Shown: positions 1-13,858, counted from the first letter of the stretch. The stretch: DNA of 64,000 nt from Chamberlinius hualienensis (GCA_054772095.1 BAAGAE010000031.1:1302979-1366978); one strand, 5' to 3'. Notes: a model not told the origin generated them from the letters alone. Program-made: numbers and translations.

Positions 1-3000
1 TTATCAATTCACATATGAAAATGCGGTTTTTGAGCAACAGATTTTTTACCAGTAATGTGTAAATTTGCTTGGACATGTCTAGATATACTGTAAAAATTTT
101 TTTTTTTTTTTAAATAATTTTATTAAGTAATTATAATAGGTCTAAAATGGGTTTTATACTGCTGTATCATGTTTGAGTGTAAATTAAATAATCGATTCAG
201 CTGACATATTTTCTCCAATCTGTGGTGGTTTACATTTAACAACTATGATTTGATTAATGTTTTAATTTATTACACCTGTAAAATATTATCATGAGACAAG
301 TCAGAATGACGATGATGAGAGTGAGCGTGTTTTTGATGACGAAAACAAACCGTCGAATTCATTGATTGGTGACATCGTTTTATTCTTGGTTACACAGATA
401 TTGAAACCCTCCAAGTGCTTTTGGGTGAATGCTGGTAACCATAGCAACTCTGACGCCTGAGATTTTTTATTCGGCCTTCATACGGAACGAAATGGGGTGA
501 GAGGATAATGTAGAAAGGTTAATTTGGTGTGTCCATTATAGACGAAAAAAATAAATAGATGGTGTATGCTCAGCGTAAAATTACTGCTGCAATAAATTCA
601 GACTGATTGCATGTCTAACAGTATATCAATTTAAAACATGGAATATATTGGCGAGATGGCCTTATGCCTGCACTTTGAAGGTCTAGCGAAGAAAAGACAA
701 GCGATCATAATTGAGCAAATAGATGCATCCATATGACCAAAGTAAAAAAACTAAAAAAAAATTTGAAAAAAAACTTAAAGAGTGGCTGCTGTACTAAAAA
801 CTATCGGTGGTATATGCAATGTGGTGAACACACTGCATTAATGATAGAAGAAAAAAAATAAGTGACGACTATGAGGATGAAATGATGCTTCCTTAGACAC
901 CGATTAATGATAAAAAAGGAGAACGAAAACAGGCGAAGAAAGTGTAACACTGTATATATCCCGTCAATTTTGCTCGATTAAACGACCTTGGCATTTACCA
1001 AAAGGGCCATTGAGAAACTATCGTCGCAACCAAACGACACACTACAAAAGTAGGTTACATCGTCAATAGCAGACGATGGTAGGAGAAAAGAAAGTATAAA
1101 GAGCGATAGCGAGAGACAATTGCTAAGTTGGCCATTGAGGCCATGAAGATTACGATTTAGCTTCAGTGTTTGCCAACTACTGTCGATTGTGTAAACAAAC
1201 TGCAAATGTAATTTTTTTTTTGGATTCGCCGAAACAGAATTTTGCTCCGAGACGATATTTTGCTTTTAAAAATAGAGACTGATAAAACGCTAAAGTAGAT
1301 AATATATTTTGCCTTATTTAAATTAAAGTTTCGATAAATCAACGCGTAATCACGATTTTGCAATAAAGTGGAACTCGCTTAAAGCGAAATTATGGATATA
1401 AAAGCCGTTTTCGTTTGTTTGTTTTGCCATTAATTTGAATCTTAATTAAAAAATCACTGTCAAAACAAATTCTGGATATAACGAGTTGTTTTTTTTCTCG
1501 GTCTATTCGGATTCTTTTTAAACGTGTTCCACTTTGTATATACAGTATTACATGTGTCAAGCCGATTACTGTATTACTAGTTAGCTTTGAATAGAAATCT
1601 ATTTATTAACTGAGTTTGCCAGAGTAAGGTTTGGTTTATGTTTGTTTTCTAATTGCAAGTATCCTACTGCTTCGTAGCCGTATTTATCCTTGAATAAATT
1701 GATAATATGGGCGAATGAGTTAAAACAGATCCTCTTGGAGTACATGGCAAAACCGTTATTTTTTAAAAAAAGGGATTTTATGCTTTACACTATGCGCACA
1801 TACAGATTGGTTCAATTTTTTATTGCATCAGCCAACTTGGCTTCTGCTCTTCATATATTTTTGCTATCATGTTTATGGAAATACTAAATATATTATGTGA
1901 AGTGCTGTCTGCACATTAGTGATTCACGAGACACCCATGGGAAGAAATATACAAGTGGAAATACTTGCTAGTTCGCATGCGAATGTAATGGGAAAGTTGA
2001 TAGCAGTAATAGTCAATACTTGATGGTCTTAGTCTCGGTCGTATATCTTTTTTTTATCTTAAATGTTTGTCCGACGTTTAATACTAATACATTTACGAGA
2101 ATGTGATGTGATGTGATGGGAGGTGTTTTTTTTTTTTTTATAATTCGATGAAATATGTAGATGAAATTTGTCTTTCTTAACTGTACCGTATCTCTGACCG
2201 TCTTCTGATATCCTATTTTCATGTCAGTCTTTCGATCGCACAAGGTATAGTGCGAAAGCCAATCAAAATGTCTGCCTCGCTCGTGTCCAATAAATAGCCT
2301 TATAACCGTAGCTATAGCCTTATAAAGTTAAACGATCGTTTACTTTTTGAAGTTTCAAAGCGCTTTCGCGTTTGGCTATGCTTATATAAGGTCTTAGCTG
2401 TCATAGTAACGCCATGTTAACGCTTTTAGCCAATAAATAATAATCAAATAACCGATCCTTGCCAGTTGTATTTGACCGTTTATGTTTTATCGGATTAAAA
2501 TACATGATATAACATTAATAAACCATTCGTTTTGCTCTATAATTTCATCTTAAGCTATTGGAAATTGACTTCTTGGGTAAAAACATTTTTATGTTTGAGC
2601 ATTCGCAATCGATTAACGCATAAATGTTGAGTTTTTGACGTCTCTAATGTACTAATATTTCAAATTTCGATGCCATCTGCAAACATTTGTATAGTTGAGT
2701 GTGAAAAATTGGAAAAATTTCACTCACAAGATGTACCATAAACATAACATGATAAAGCTTTAGTAAATTGGCAATCGATTGCGTATTTGTATTTACGTTA
2801 ATTTTAATGCACTGTATTGATAATGACACTGCTTCTCAGCTGTTGATGAATTTTATGCTGAGAATTTGTTGCTACTTTGTCTATACATATTCAACATGGC
2901 TATTTTTATAGTAGCTCACCGAGGAATTTATTTATTTAGTTGGCGGTTAAGTCTTTTAGGCGATTATTTGTAACAATGAGATTAAATTTTATTAGATGGA

Positions 3001-6000
3001 CTTAAATTGGAAGTAGTGGAAAATGGATTAAGTGACGAAATGAGAGCATTTGTCCTCGTTAATGTTGACGTGTAAATGGCTCTTAGAGAGGTCAGTAGGA
3101 CCGTTCAGTGCTGGTTATGGCCATTTGTCATTTAGCTGGCCAATGTCAACATTAATTACAAATTAAACGTTAAAGGTTATACCATAGACAAGTTAGGTTT
3201 TGTTATCGAAATTTATTTTTATTACATTTTATTGCTCTGTCGATATTACAAGATTAATAAGCGAATTGTCTTGTATGGAAGTTAAAACTCATCGCTATTG
3301 GTATACGCGTATGACATCGTATCCAATCAAAATTTCGAAACTTAGAGTTTAACTGAAAGTGCCTACGTAATTAGAATTAATTATTAAATAATCAGTATTG
3401 GCCATTTTCCAACGAAAATTTTATTAACACAGCCTTCCGTATGTACACGAGTTCGCACTATGTACGATTGGTGTAGGAATACACTTTCATTTAGATGGAA
3501 TATAGTGAATTTCAGCTGAATATGCCAGGGAAAAAAAATAGATAGTGCTTTTTATACGCTCAATCACCTTAATTTTTTTTATTTTGAGAAAATGTTTGTG
3601 AAGATTATGTAAACAAAGTGACGGGTACTTTTAGGCTACTAATACTTTTGTCCTCCGTTTAAGCGTATAACGCAGCTTTTAACGCTCACGCACCCCAAAA
3701 TAGTCCTGGAATTTTACTTATTCATCGTTCACCTATTCTTAAGAGATAAACAAATAAGGGGAAATGTCTGATCGATTCAATTTTATTCAAGTTTAAATGC
3801 ATTAGTTGGCTGTTTCTAATTAACGGCACAATTGGGATTTGTATGCAAATAAATCTTTGATATTTAAATTTTGCTAATTAAAAACGTTAGTGGGGGTAAT
3901 TTAGCTGATTATGAAATTTCCGATGTTAATTAAATTATTTGAGTAAATAGAGTGAATTAAGCTTGGAAGTGTGTGCTGGTTTGAACCAATGGTTGTTGGT
4001 TGTAACATCTGAACTGATCTTAATTATCTCATTTTGCATAACTATTGCATGCAATTTTATTTTGACTGTAAATTGGGTGACTGCGTAATTATCTAGAGTG
4101 AAAAATCGTTAAAATAATTATCTGGAACTTCGCTAACCAAAACAGTATGGAATAAAATGTCCAGTCAAATATTAAAAGCAGCTGCATAATTGTATTGATA
4201 TCATGTAATTGAATGAGTTCAGTGCCTATATGTAAAAATTGTATTTGCATATATTTTTTTTTTTTGCTGTTTTATATACGTAGACAAATGGGCTTAAGCT
4301 ATTATTATGCATTGCATGTCACAATGGCGTTGTGCTTTAACGATGATGGTAGTAAAATATAGCAATAAAATTGTAAATAGACGTTAAGGCGCCGTTTGTA
4401 TCGATTACGGTTTTTTTTTTTGCATTAGTTGTATTTACAAATGCTGATACTGTACGTGTGTAATCTCTTCCTTTTTTTTTTTACTTTTTCACTCTTACAA
4501 TGGCTAAAACAAAAACCGAGTGGCTCAGATTTATGCATTGTTAACGTTTCCACGAGACTACGGCGACGCCACATTGTTGATCTATGTAATTGAAACATTG
4601 TCGTGACGCTCAAAAACATTTGTTTGTGGAGTTTTGGTATTAAAAATGATAGTGTAGAAATTTTGAAAACATCGAGTTTGTTTTTGACGTTCTAATTTGT
4701 TTACTTTACCAACTATTATATCGTCTCCATGCATCATTAAATGGTTGTTGTTACAATATCAATCGGATAATCAAAATTGATTACTACATTATCGATAAAT
4801 GCGCTGGAAATAGACGTTTGGAAACAGAAAGAGCGGACTCAAGGAAACCGACTTGAATTACTATTGCTTTTGTGTATTTAACTTGCCTATCAGACTACTT
4901 TTTCGAGAAAATGGAAAAGTAACCGAAGCAAATATGGAGAAGCTGAATTTAAAAGTTTTTAATGCACGAATATAAAGTTCAAAGTATTACTATATACCGT
5001 ATATTTATAAAGCATTTACAGTATTTTTCGTATCACATTACCAAAGCTTTTTGGCTGATATTGATAAAACTTCAAGCACTATGCGCTGATATGCGTATAT
5101 TTTATGTAGTACTTTGTTTACTGCACTTCTGTATTGTTTTGCTCAGATCGTATTCGGTATGTACCGTATATAGATATTGCGTTGACTAACAATGTCACAA
5201 AACAAATCATTCGGTCCTTACATATTTTGGTAAGAAATTGTGTTCATGTTAGTTAGTACAAATTACTACCGTACAGAATGCGATTTTGAAAACGTTTTTG
5301 GCAATTATTTTACAGGTAATTAATAATAGTTGTTTTGGACTTGTAAAATTTGAATACAATTGCAGGACCTCCGAGGTCCCAGTTATGCGTTCTAGGGATA
5401 ATTTGTGTTTTGTGATCTCGCTTTAATTTTGGCTTCGTTTACAAGCTTCCACCAAGTTACTACTACAGTTTAGTATGTTTTACTACAATTCAACATGTTC
5501 TGCTTTATATTAATGTTTTGTATTAGTGCCAACTGCAACACCACTGCCAGCGCCATTTAATGTTATACTTGTAGTGCAAAAATGGGAAATTGATTGTGCG
5601 TGTGGTGGTCATTTCCGCCGTTGTTCAGGTTAATTATAGTGCTCACCCTCTGCGACAGATTGTATCTGGGCTTTCTATTATGTATAACTACAGCATATAC
5701 GATATACAGTTGGCTCAAAATCAAATACAACTATATATATATATATAAAATCCCTCCCTATCTCAATGACCAGCTTTCCCGCCCTCTCCAAAGCGTTCTC
5801 AAGTGGACTAAACAAAAGCACAGGAATCACTGTCAGCTTAGTAATGTAAACGCAGTTGTGGAAATGCAATATCGACAAGCGCAAACATTGCAATATGATG
5901 ACATCATTTGCTTTTATGTTGATTGGTAACCTTGGATACATCAGCATTTATCAGGCTTAGAAATTAACTGTAATTTGAACTTAACTCGCTATTTCGGGTA

Positions 6001-8230
6001 ATGTTTGAAACCATTTTAGATTGGTTTTCGTTATGGGGAATCGTGGGTAGATTGAGACGATATTATTATAAACAACCGTTTGTTGCGCTTAAAATGAAAA
6101 TAGAAGGTGACTGGTCAGAATTTGTAATTGCTTTGAAGATAGCAGGAAAAATGTTCGAAAATCCTTCATTTAAAATTCAGTATATACTGTAGATGGTAAA
6201 GTTTTATTGAATGGATGTTGCATCTAAGTTGGAAAGTGCTTTTTTTTTTAAAAATCTTAAATAAGTGAAGAATGGAGGATGGAGTGGGTGACTTAAACAT
6301 AAAAAATCTCAGGAATTTTCAATGGTATTTAAATATAAAAAAAAATATTGTTGTTGTTGACTTAGAGTTTTCTTAGAAAACACATCCGTGATAATAGTAC
6401 GATTTTCCTGCGAAAATCATTTATGTTACCAAATCAGTAAAAAATTTTACTAACATGGTTATTTCGTCGTTCGTCTTAAAGCTTATCATTTGTATCAAAA
6501 AATACATTGATTGCCAATTTATCACCGTAATATTACAAGTTGAACAATATTATAAGCTTTAAGTTCTATAAAAGATCTGGCTGTGATTGGTGGTATGTGC
6601 CATTCGTTTTTATTTTACTGTTGGTGCAAATTTCCTTATTTCTACTGACCAATACCGTAGGTGGTTTTTGGAGTTCGAGTCGGAATGCGGCCGGGGTTCA
6701 TCTTCCAGGGCTTTTCTCAGACTGTTTAATAATGATCGCGATTTGCTGGAAGTTGCAGGGCGGTCGAATACGATTTAAAGAGAAACACTAAATTAGAGTG
6801 ACATTTACGGTTGTCGTCATCCAGTATAACGCGGCTGGGTAGATAAACAAGCCAGGAAAAAGATTGCGTTTTTCATTTCGGATGTTCAAGTTTCCTTGGA
6901 AATAAATTGCTGTGATCGAAACTCGATCGATGAGTGGAAACTTCCCACTTTCCCTTTCAGCTCATTAACTTCAATTTTAATTTTGTTTTTGTTTTATACT
7001 CTAAAGTAAGTTTTAATGCATCGCGCTAGTTGTTTTTGCCGCTTAGTCTGAACTTATTTTAACTGAATATTATTAACTAGTCGAACGGGAGATTCTTTTT
7101 AAAGTGGAATAATTAAGTAACGATTCGTTAAATTCGAATTAAAAATTGTTAGGCTTAGCAAGCTGATGTTTTGTATGCTTAACTTGAACGAATTTAATGT
7201 AACTTTAATGCCCGTTTATGTTTTTAAGGTTCAACCACAACCACTATGAAATCTAAACCACTCTGAGTTAATTTTCAACTTGTTTGGTATCAAAATCAGA
7301 GTGTTGGGGTTTTAAAATTTTCCACTGGGGAAATCTGTTTTGTGATACTGGCATAACACGACTTATGTTTTATGCCTAATTTTATTTTATGCTTTTGGCA
7401 CATTTTCAGTTAACTCGGTCCATTTCCTGATTCTGAGAATTTCATTTTGTCTCTTTTTAAACCGAATCTTTAAACGGTGAAAGATTTAGAGACAAAAATT
7501 AATATCAATAAGAGATGTGTGGGGGAAATGTATTTTTTTTTTCTTTCACACCCTAAATCATTTTCTCGCATACTTTTGTAACCACAACCAATTTCCAGTC
7601 CATCGTTGCATGCGATCGCTAAAATCGTGAGTTCAGTAAAAGCCAGCAATTATTGAATTTTGTTCTGCGGGTAGGTTTGGGCACTTTTGCTATAAATTGA
7701 GCTACTATGGGAATTTTTTTTTATGGCAAATTCATTGGTTAAATCAATAACGAGAACAGCGAAAACTTTAAAGGTATTGATCAATTATGAAATATAAAAT
7801 TTTTGTTTTGAAGAAATACAGTATTAGCTTTATGGAGTTATTTTTATCGTATACCGCAGACATTTGGAAACTAACTGAAAGTTTCATGTAAATATCGATT
7901 TGTTGTCTTGTGTCATATTTTTGATGGTAAATTAAACCGTAAAACGCGTGTTTTCGTGCACTTCAATTTTTTTTTACGATTGTTCTATTAGTATAGATTA
8001 CTGAAGTCAAACTTGCTAGTGGACAGCTGCAGCAAGCATTTATTTATATATTTTTTTTGTATTCAATTGCTGACCATCATCAACTTGGAGAACCTTATTT
8101 ATTCAGAGATTTATTTGTCGAGCTCTTTTCGTTTGCTGTATAATGGATTTTTGATCAAGCTACATCTACATCAACATTACCAAGACTTTGAAGTTACTGT
8201 ATACTGTATGTAGAGGGGGGCACTACTTAC

Positions 8231-8372
8231 TTCTCTTTCGTTGTTTCCAAATGAAATTCCGAGATTTGGCATAGCACGTAGAATAGCCACCAGAGACTGG
8301 ATTGTATTGCTATACACTACAGGCCGGTACTGTTTGAAATCTTCTGGAGTAAATCCGCTCTCGTGAATAATT
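8231..8372 (-). CDS. GNAO-like: G protein alpha-o subunit, 142-nt exon 3 ([47 protein letters not shown])
   Basis: The peptide matches the Galpha-o helical-domain start ([46 protein letters not shown]). The exon begins phase 2, so the microexon-2 'aa' plus 'a' gives Lys. It has a ttttcag acceptor and a GTAAGT donor. Its 142-nt length equals the conserved Galpha-i/o exon 3. Downstream exons were not found in 1-8230 and are presumably beyond the window start. Confidence 0.85.
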
Positions 8373-10684
8373 CTGAAAACATTAAACAACATTGTGTAAT
8401 CAGTAAAACTAGTAGAAAAAAAAAAGAGAAGAAACTGGGTTAATGCTATTTTTCAGTCGTATTATATTAAAGTGAGTTGAAATTTATTTTTAGTTTTCAT
8501 CACATTTTCAATACTAATCCACTCGTCAACAGCATCGCATAGAAAACCATCGGCGGAAGCGACTACTTAAAAATGAGCAATTTAAGCGGCTTTTACGGAA
8601 CTTGGCGTAACGGAACACAGCTTATCGTGGGAAGATAGCACCGAGTCAGTAGCTCTTTCACTTTAATGTATCACTTTAATACTGAGATTTATAACGAATT
8701 CGTCTCACACGAACCATTTATCACTTGATTATAGATAGGTATTGAGTCTAGAAGCACTCGATCTGCTAAAATAGATCGGTTAAAACTTTTAAAGTTCCAC
8801 GTAATTCCAGCACCAGCAGCATCGAGTGTTTTCTTTATACTCTGTTTTAAATCTTGTTAGTTTATTTCGTCTATCGCATTTCTGCCTTAAAATATTTGTA
8901 TTCCGTAAAATTAGGTAAAAATGTTATTTGGTTTATGGCAATCTATTGAATAACAACATTGACCGACTAAATGTAAAGTTTTATATGCCGATGTTCATGC
9001 ATTACATAAATGTTAACCTACATTGAAAATGATATTCTTGATAGTTTTACCTTAGTAACCTTAACCATCGTTAAAAAAAAATGTTTATTTATTCTCGACT
9101 GATAAATTTTTCTAAGGTTTGACAGCAACTCAAGTTGCATCTGTCATAGTAGCTTTGGTCACACTTTTTGCTTTTTTTGCGAACATCTTTTTCTAATGTT
9201 GTGTTATTCGATAAGCATGATTTAATAACAGGAATTTATAAAAATAATAACTATTCAATATTCGTATCACACGTAGAAATTATGTTGTACAATGAAAAAC
9301 TGTGAGGTGCGTAGAAGTCCTTAATGTTGCAAGATCCTCACTTACTTTTCCAATTAATACCGCAATTGCTTGTATCGTTTCGTTTTCAGAAAATCAGAAA
9401 CACGATTTTTTTAAAGCAATGTTTTTTGTACAAACAACAAACTCAATATGGAAAATTTCAAACATAACCGCAATAACTCTAAACTTGAAAAAATCAAAAG
9501 CTCACACAGTGAAACCGTTTTTTAATCAAAAAATGAGACAATTTGCAAATACAGGAAGAAATATTCAAGTTCTCAATTTAAGTTTTCGGATTTTATTCAA
9601 TAAGGTTTTTTTTTTATTTGAGTATGAATTGTTAAATTACAATTTCGGTCATAAAAGTGGATTTTTAAAGTTTAAAAAGAGGTATGCGCAAACTTCCGAG
9701 TATATAATTAAATGATAATTCTCTCTTATACTATTTTCTCTTATAATGAAATCTCCAGACGCACTGAATAAGTAGTTCACGTCGAAGCACGTTTTTCGGT
9801 AAGTTTATAAATTATGTTCAACCCCGAGCTGGCGTGAATTTAAATTCGAAATTATCCCCGTAAGTTGCCGCCAACTTCGCTTTGACATCATTTTTGCGTT
9901 TTTGAAAAGGTAAAATGTCATGGTAATTTGAGCAGTTTACTCTGTAAGCATTTTGGAAGTTTTGTAGGTCAGTCATATTTGCCGTTATATTATGTTTTTG
10001 CGTCGTAAAAGCGTTGCATAAAAATAAAACGTTGTCGTAGGCTACTATTTTTGTCTTTATGTTATATCATGACATGTCTTACGTGGGAGAAAAAGCACAT
10101 CAAGCTTTAAAAAAAATCGATATTAATTTATATAACATACAGTAGTAAGTTTGAAGCAAAAGGAGTAGTGGCGATGTAGCTGTATAGCTCTAGGATGCTC
10201 AAGCCGAGGCTCGTTTTGATTGCTGGGGTAAATTTAATTCAGGTTCGTGACGATATAAAGGTTAAGCGTGCATGTCATAAGTGGCGAGAGGAAGGGAACT
10301 AGGGAAACAGGGGGAGATGAGAGTAAGAAAAAAAAAAAGGAGATTTTTACTATGTTGATGGGTAATGTAAATGTAAACGAAACCCAATCAACGACCTCCA
10401 CGTCAAGTCTAAATTAGGACGTATCGATCCTGTGCCGTATGAATCAAGCAAAATCAATAATCTCTGTTTAACATCTACATCTTTAGCTAATAGCCCTTTT
10501 TTTCCCTTCATTAGATCCTATGCTGGCTCATGTCGAACTTAAAAAACATTTTCTTAATAATTAGAGTGGCTGACAAATAAAATAAAATTTGAAATTGCAT
10601 GTTAAAACATTTCGGATAATTAATCTTTCTCTGAGAACCAACGAAAATGACGTAATTTCGAAATAAACGTATAAGCGAGAAATG

Positions 10685-10961
10685 TATTTAAAAGCAGAGG
10701 TTTGGAGCGGAGCAGCTGTATTTTGCCGGACCAAGAGGGGAGCCATGAGCAAAAAAAATTGAAAGGGCTCCGTGCTCCGAATATTTACATAGTAAATGCA
10801 AAAAATTAACGATTAATTAGTCGATTATTCGATCATTTTGTTGATTTATCGATTATTTTTGGAGCGCGGGGCAGAGCACGGAGCGGAGGGGGATCAAATT
10901 ATTTGATACCGGAGCGGAGCTGGAGCGACTCCGCTCAAAAATGGCCTGCTCCAAACCTCTG
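10685..10961. mobile_element. Non-autonomous MITE-like DNA transposon copy 1 (about 277 bp) with TIR CAGAGGTTTGGAGC and a perfect 8-bp TSD TTTAAAAG (hAT-like)
   Basis: The termini cagaggtttggagcggagc...gctccaaacctctg are inverted. The flanking 8-mers at 10677-10684 and 10962-10969 are both tttaaaag. There is no coding capacity. A second copy lies 1.5 kb away in opposite orientation. Confidence 0.7.
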
Positions 10962-11302
10962 TTTAAAAGTTAAACGTTAAAACGGTTAAACAGTTAAACG
11001 TGGTAGAAGATTTTAAACTGCGACACCATATCGAAGAAAACTCAAAATGGTGGACTGCTAAATCGGTGTTTAACCGAACCAATTATCGTATTAATTTAAA
11101 TTGATAATGTCTTTCTAGCTCATAATACCAGCAGAAAGTTATAATGAAGTTAAATTTGACTAATGGCAATATTTAAGCATCTATGGTATATATTGATTAA
11201 CGTTTAGTGTATATCTACCAATTACGAGTAGAAGTACTTTCTGAGAGCGATATTAAATTAATTAATTAATGGCATCGACTGAGTCCTTTGGGTAACTAGC
11301 TC

Positions 11303-11336
11303 ATAACTTCTTTTTTTTTTTTTTTTTTTTTTTTTA
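11303..11336. repeat. Poly-T homopolymer (about 34 nt); similar long T/A runs at 24796-24820, 57643-57660, 57891-57910, 19096-19118
   Basis: The tracts were seen directly in the sequence. Confidence 0.9.
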
Positions 11337-12476
11337 ACTTAATTACTAATTACTGTAGAGGAAGAGGTTGATGTTCGCTGTTGAGTCAGTGAAGCAATTT
11401 GTCAAACATTGAAACCTTCTGATCAGTAACATGCACCGGCCACTCATCAGACCAGACCACTAAAAACTCCTTGTTTTCTAACATCGGTGATGTATGGGAA
11501 ATCGATGGTTATTTATCAATACGAGCCATACTACTATAGAGTTAGTATAAAATAAATGAGCACCATTCAAATTTGTCAAAAGAAAGCCATTTATCGCTGT
11601 TCTAACATCAGAGATCAAAAACTCCATATGCGTCAGTATATTCACCTAACGATTTTTACTGGACGAATTCACTCCGTGCACGCAACTTGATCATGTCTTT
11701 TTGCTAAATTACGAAAGACACAGTCGTTGTAGACGAACTGCTATGACATGCTAACAACTGCTTATAATTTACTGTAAATCTTCCTGTCATAGCGCATCTG
11801 AGTTTGTTGCATAGGCGTATTTTTTTGAAAGTTAATCTTAATATGATTGTGTTCGTTGAAATGACATCACTGCGGATGACACTTGAATTCGTTGAGCGCA
11901 CGTCTATTATTTGACGACTGTGTGTCAAATCTGTTATCTGTAAAGTGAAAGAGGTGGTTGATCTTCCTATTTATATGTTTTCTTAATAATTCAACAGTTT
12001 GATAACAAGTTCTGATATGGCAGTATATGGAATTTACCCGGATGTTATTATAGTGGTGTTGGCAGTCATATATGTAAATTCTCATTCTTTACAAAGATTA
12101 ACTCGTCGCCTTAAACATATTCATGAGATTCATAAATAGTGAATTGTATTGGCACAACTAGTAAGACAACATCGTAAACATTATTTTTTTTTGTTGTAAT
12201 GTATGTTATTTATAGTGATTCCATTAAATACTGACTGTTAACTTGTTTATCGATTTCTTGTTGTTTGCCATGACTATTCTATAAAAATAACTTTCAAATA
12301 GGGTAATGGAATAGCAGCACTATTACTTCTTAGACATTCGGTGACAGTATACAACTAGGATATTAGTTTCGTGATTAGTCGTAGTAATAGTTAAAGTTTT
12401 TGATGGCTTATTGAGTTAACGTGCACGTCGCTGCGCATAGTATTAAATTTATTGAGAAGGTATATGGCTGATCTAT

Positions 12477-12690
12477 CAGAGGTTTGGAGCAGACCATTTT
12501 TGAGCGGAGCCGCTCCGTGCTCTGCTCCGCGCTCCGAAAAATGATCGATAAATTGACAAAATAATCGATAAATCGTAAAATTAATCGTTAATTTTTGGCA
12601 TTTACTATGTAAATATTCGGAACACGGAGCCCTTCCAATTTTTTTGCTCCGGGCAAAATACAGCTGCTCCTGCTCCGCTCCTAACCTCTG
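12477..12690. mobile_element. MITE-like element copy 2 (about 214 bp), reverse orientation relative to copy 1, with internal deletion; TSD tgatctat/cgatctat (7/8)
   Basis: 12477-12690 is the reverse complement of 10685-10961 with the same TIR cagaggtttggagc...ctaacctctg and the shared internal sequence gatcgataaattgacaaaataatcgataaatcg. Confidence 0.7.
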
Positions 12691-13850
12691 CGATCTATCC
12701 TAAATCATTTAGCATTTTTATTAATTTTAGTTTTTCAAATAACAAATTTTGATCATTTTAAATCAAGGAAAACTTTCTTAATAGTAATTTGTTGACAGTT
12801 TGAACTGTTGTATTGCTTCACAAAAATCGATACATTTAATCGATTATGATTTATATTTGATTCACTATTGAACCTCTTCTCGGTAAAGGCTCTATTTTCC
12901 AAGATCGTACTTTCCACTGCGCTTTTACGTGCACCAGACTGAGTAAAAGGCGCTTTTTTCATAGACTTTCATTGAATTTTCTAACTTGCACAGGTATAAT
13001 GCAGTTTATGACGTAGGTTTTATGCTATATAATTATGCAATCTCAGCAGACTGCAGCACATACAGTGCTCACTAAAGATATTTGAATTCAGAGTGAATAA
13101 ATTGGGTAATTGAATTTATAAAATGCTGATTACGTCAGTATGTTTCCATCGTAAGTTAATTATAATCGATTTAAAATTTCCAACGCATCAAAGGATATTC
13201 TAACGACCAATAAAACATAATGGTAGCTTCCTGTACCACAGCCATCAACTATTAACTACCATTTCTCGTCATTTAACGGACAATGTACTAGTAGCAAATT
13301 GAAAACCTTAAAACAACTCTCGATATTACGCATGCACAGTCGCTAATATGCCTCATTTAATAATATTGAGAATCCAATAAACTAGAATTCTTTGAAGCGA
13401 AAGCTGCTAACATGTTAGTTAATAAAATATTAAAATTTGAAAATGGCCGCAGGACATATATATGTTCCTTAAACTGAAAGTGCGATGACAGTGATAGTTA
13501 TTTTTTTTATATAAACTTTGATCACTTTTTTATTAAAATCGTGATTTACAGTATGACAGAAAGTCCACAATATCTTGAAGTTAGACGTGGTCAGAACTGA
13601 TTGTCTCTTAGAATGAAATAAACATGGCTGTTAAATTTCCCATTTATTTATGTTTTTGTCATTTTTTTGGCCCCCAAAATAAGAAAGTGGAAGCGGATAT
13701 CCGTAAAATATGCATTTCTATTTGTAGATGCAGATATTACGTCACCCATCGACGCCATTTATGTCCTTTGTTTAGCGCTTGAATGTGGAAAAATGGTTAA
13801 GTAAGCGATTGACCGTGGCATTCACCCAAAATCAAATCGGTGACGTCATT

Positions 13851-13858
13851 ATTGATTT
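13851..13858. promoter_or_regulatory. Perfect CRE-type palindrome TGACGTCA (one of seven in the window: 13851, 17422, 18656, 24901, 43253, 60236, 60290)
   Basis: Each of the seven is an exact 8-mer palindrome. Two are extended to the 10-bp palindrome ATGACGTCAT (17421-17430 and 43252-43261). Three are TGACGTCATG. Confidence 0.4.

Noticed and set aside
300-470. Possible intronic box C/D snoRNA (TGATGA ... CTGA in a GC-richer patch)
   Set aside because: The spacing between motifs, about 155 nt, is long for a C/D snoRNA. I could not identify a terminal stem or guide region, so the evidence is insufficient.
5594-5947. Overlapping plus/minus ORFs (111 aa and 89 aa)
   Set aside because: They surround a (TA)n microsatellite, have low complexity and no homology, and are antisense to each other. 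Both are probably chance ORFs in intronic DNA.
9302-9715. 137-aa plus-strand ORF
   Set aside because: It is low-complexity and AT-rich (K/N/F-rich) with no recognisable motif and no splice context. It lies inside the Galpha-o intron and is most likely a chance ORF.
10961-11010. (GTTAAAC)n-like minisatellite as part of the MITE
   Set aside because: It lies outside the TSD-bounded element. It is a short degenerate repeat (gttaaacgttaaaacggttaaacagttaaacg) in flanking DNA.
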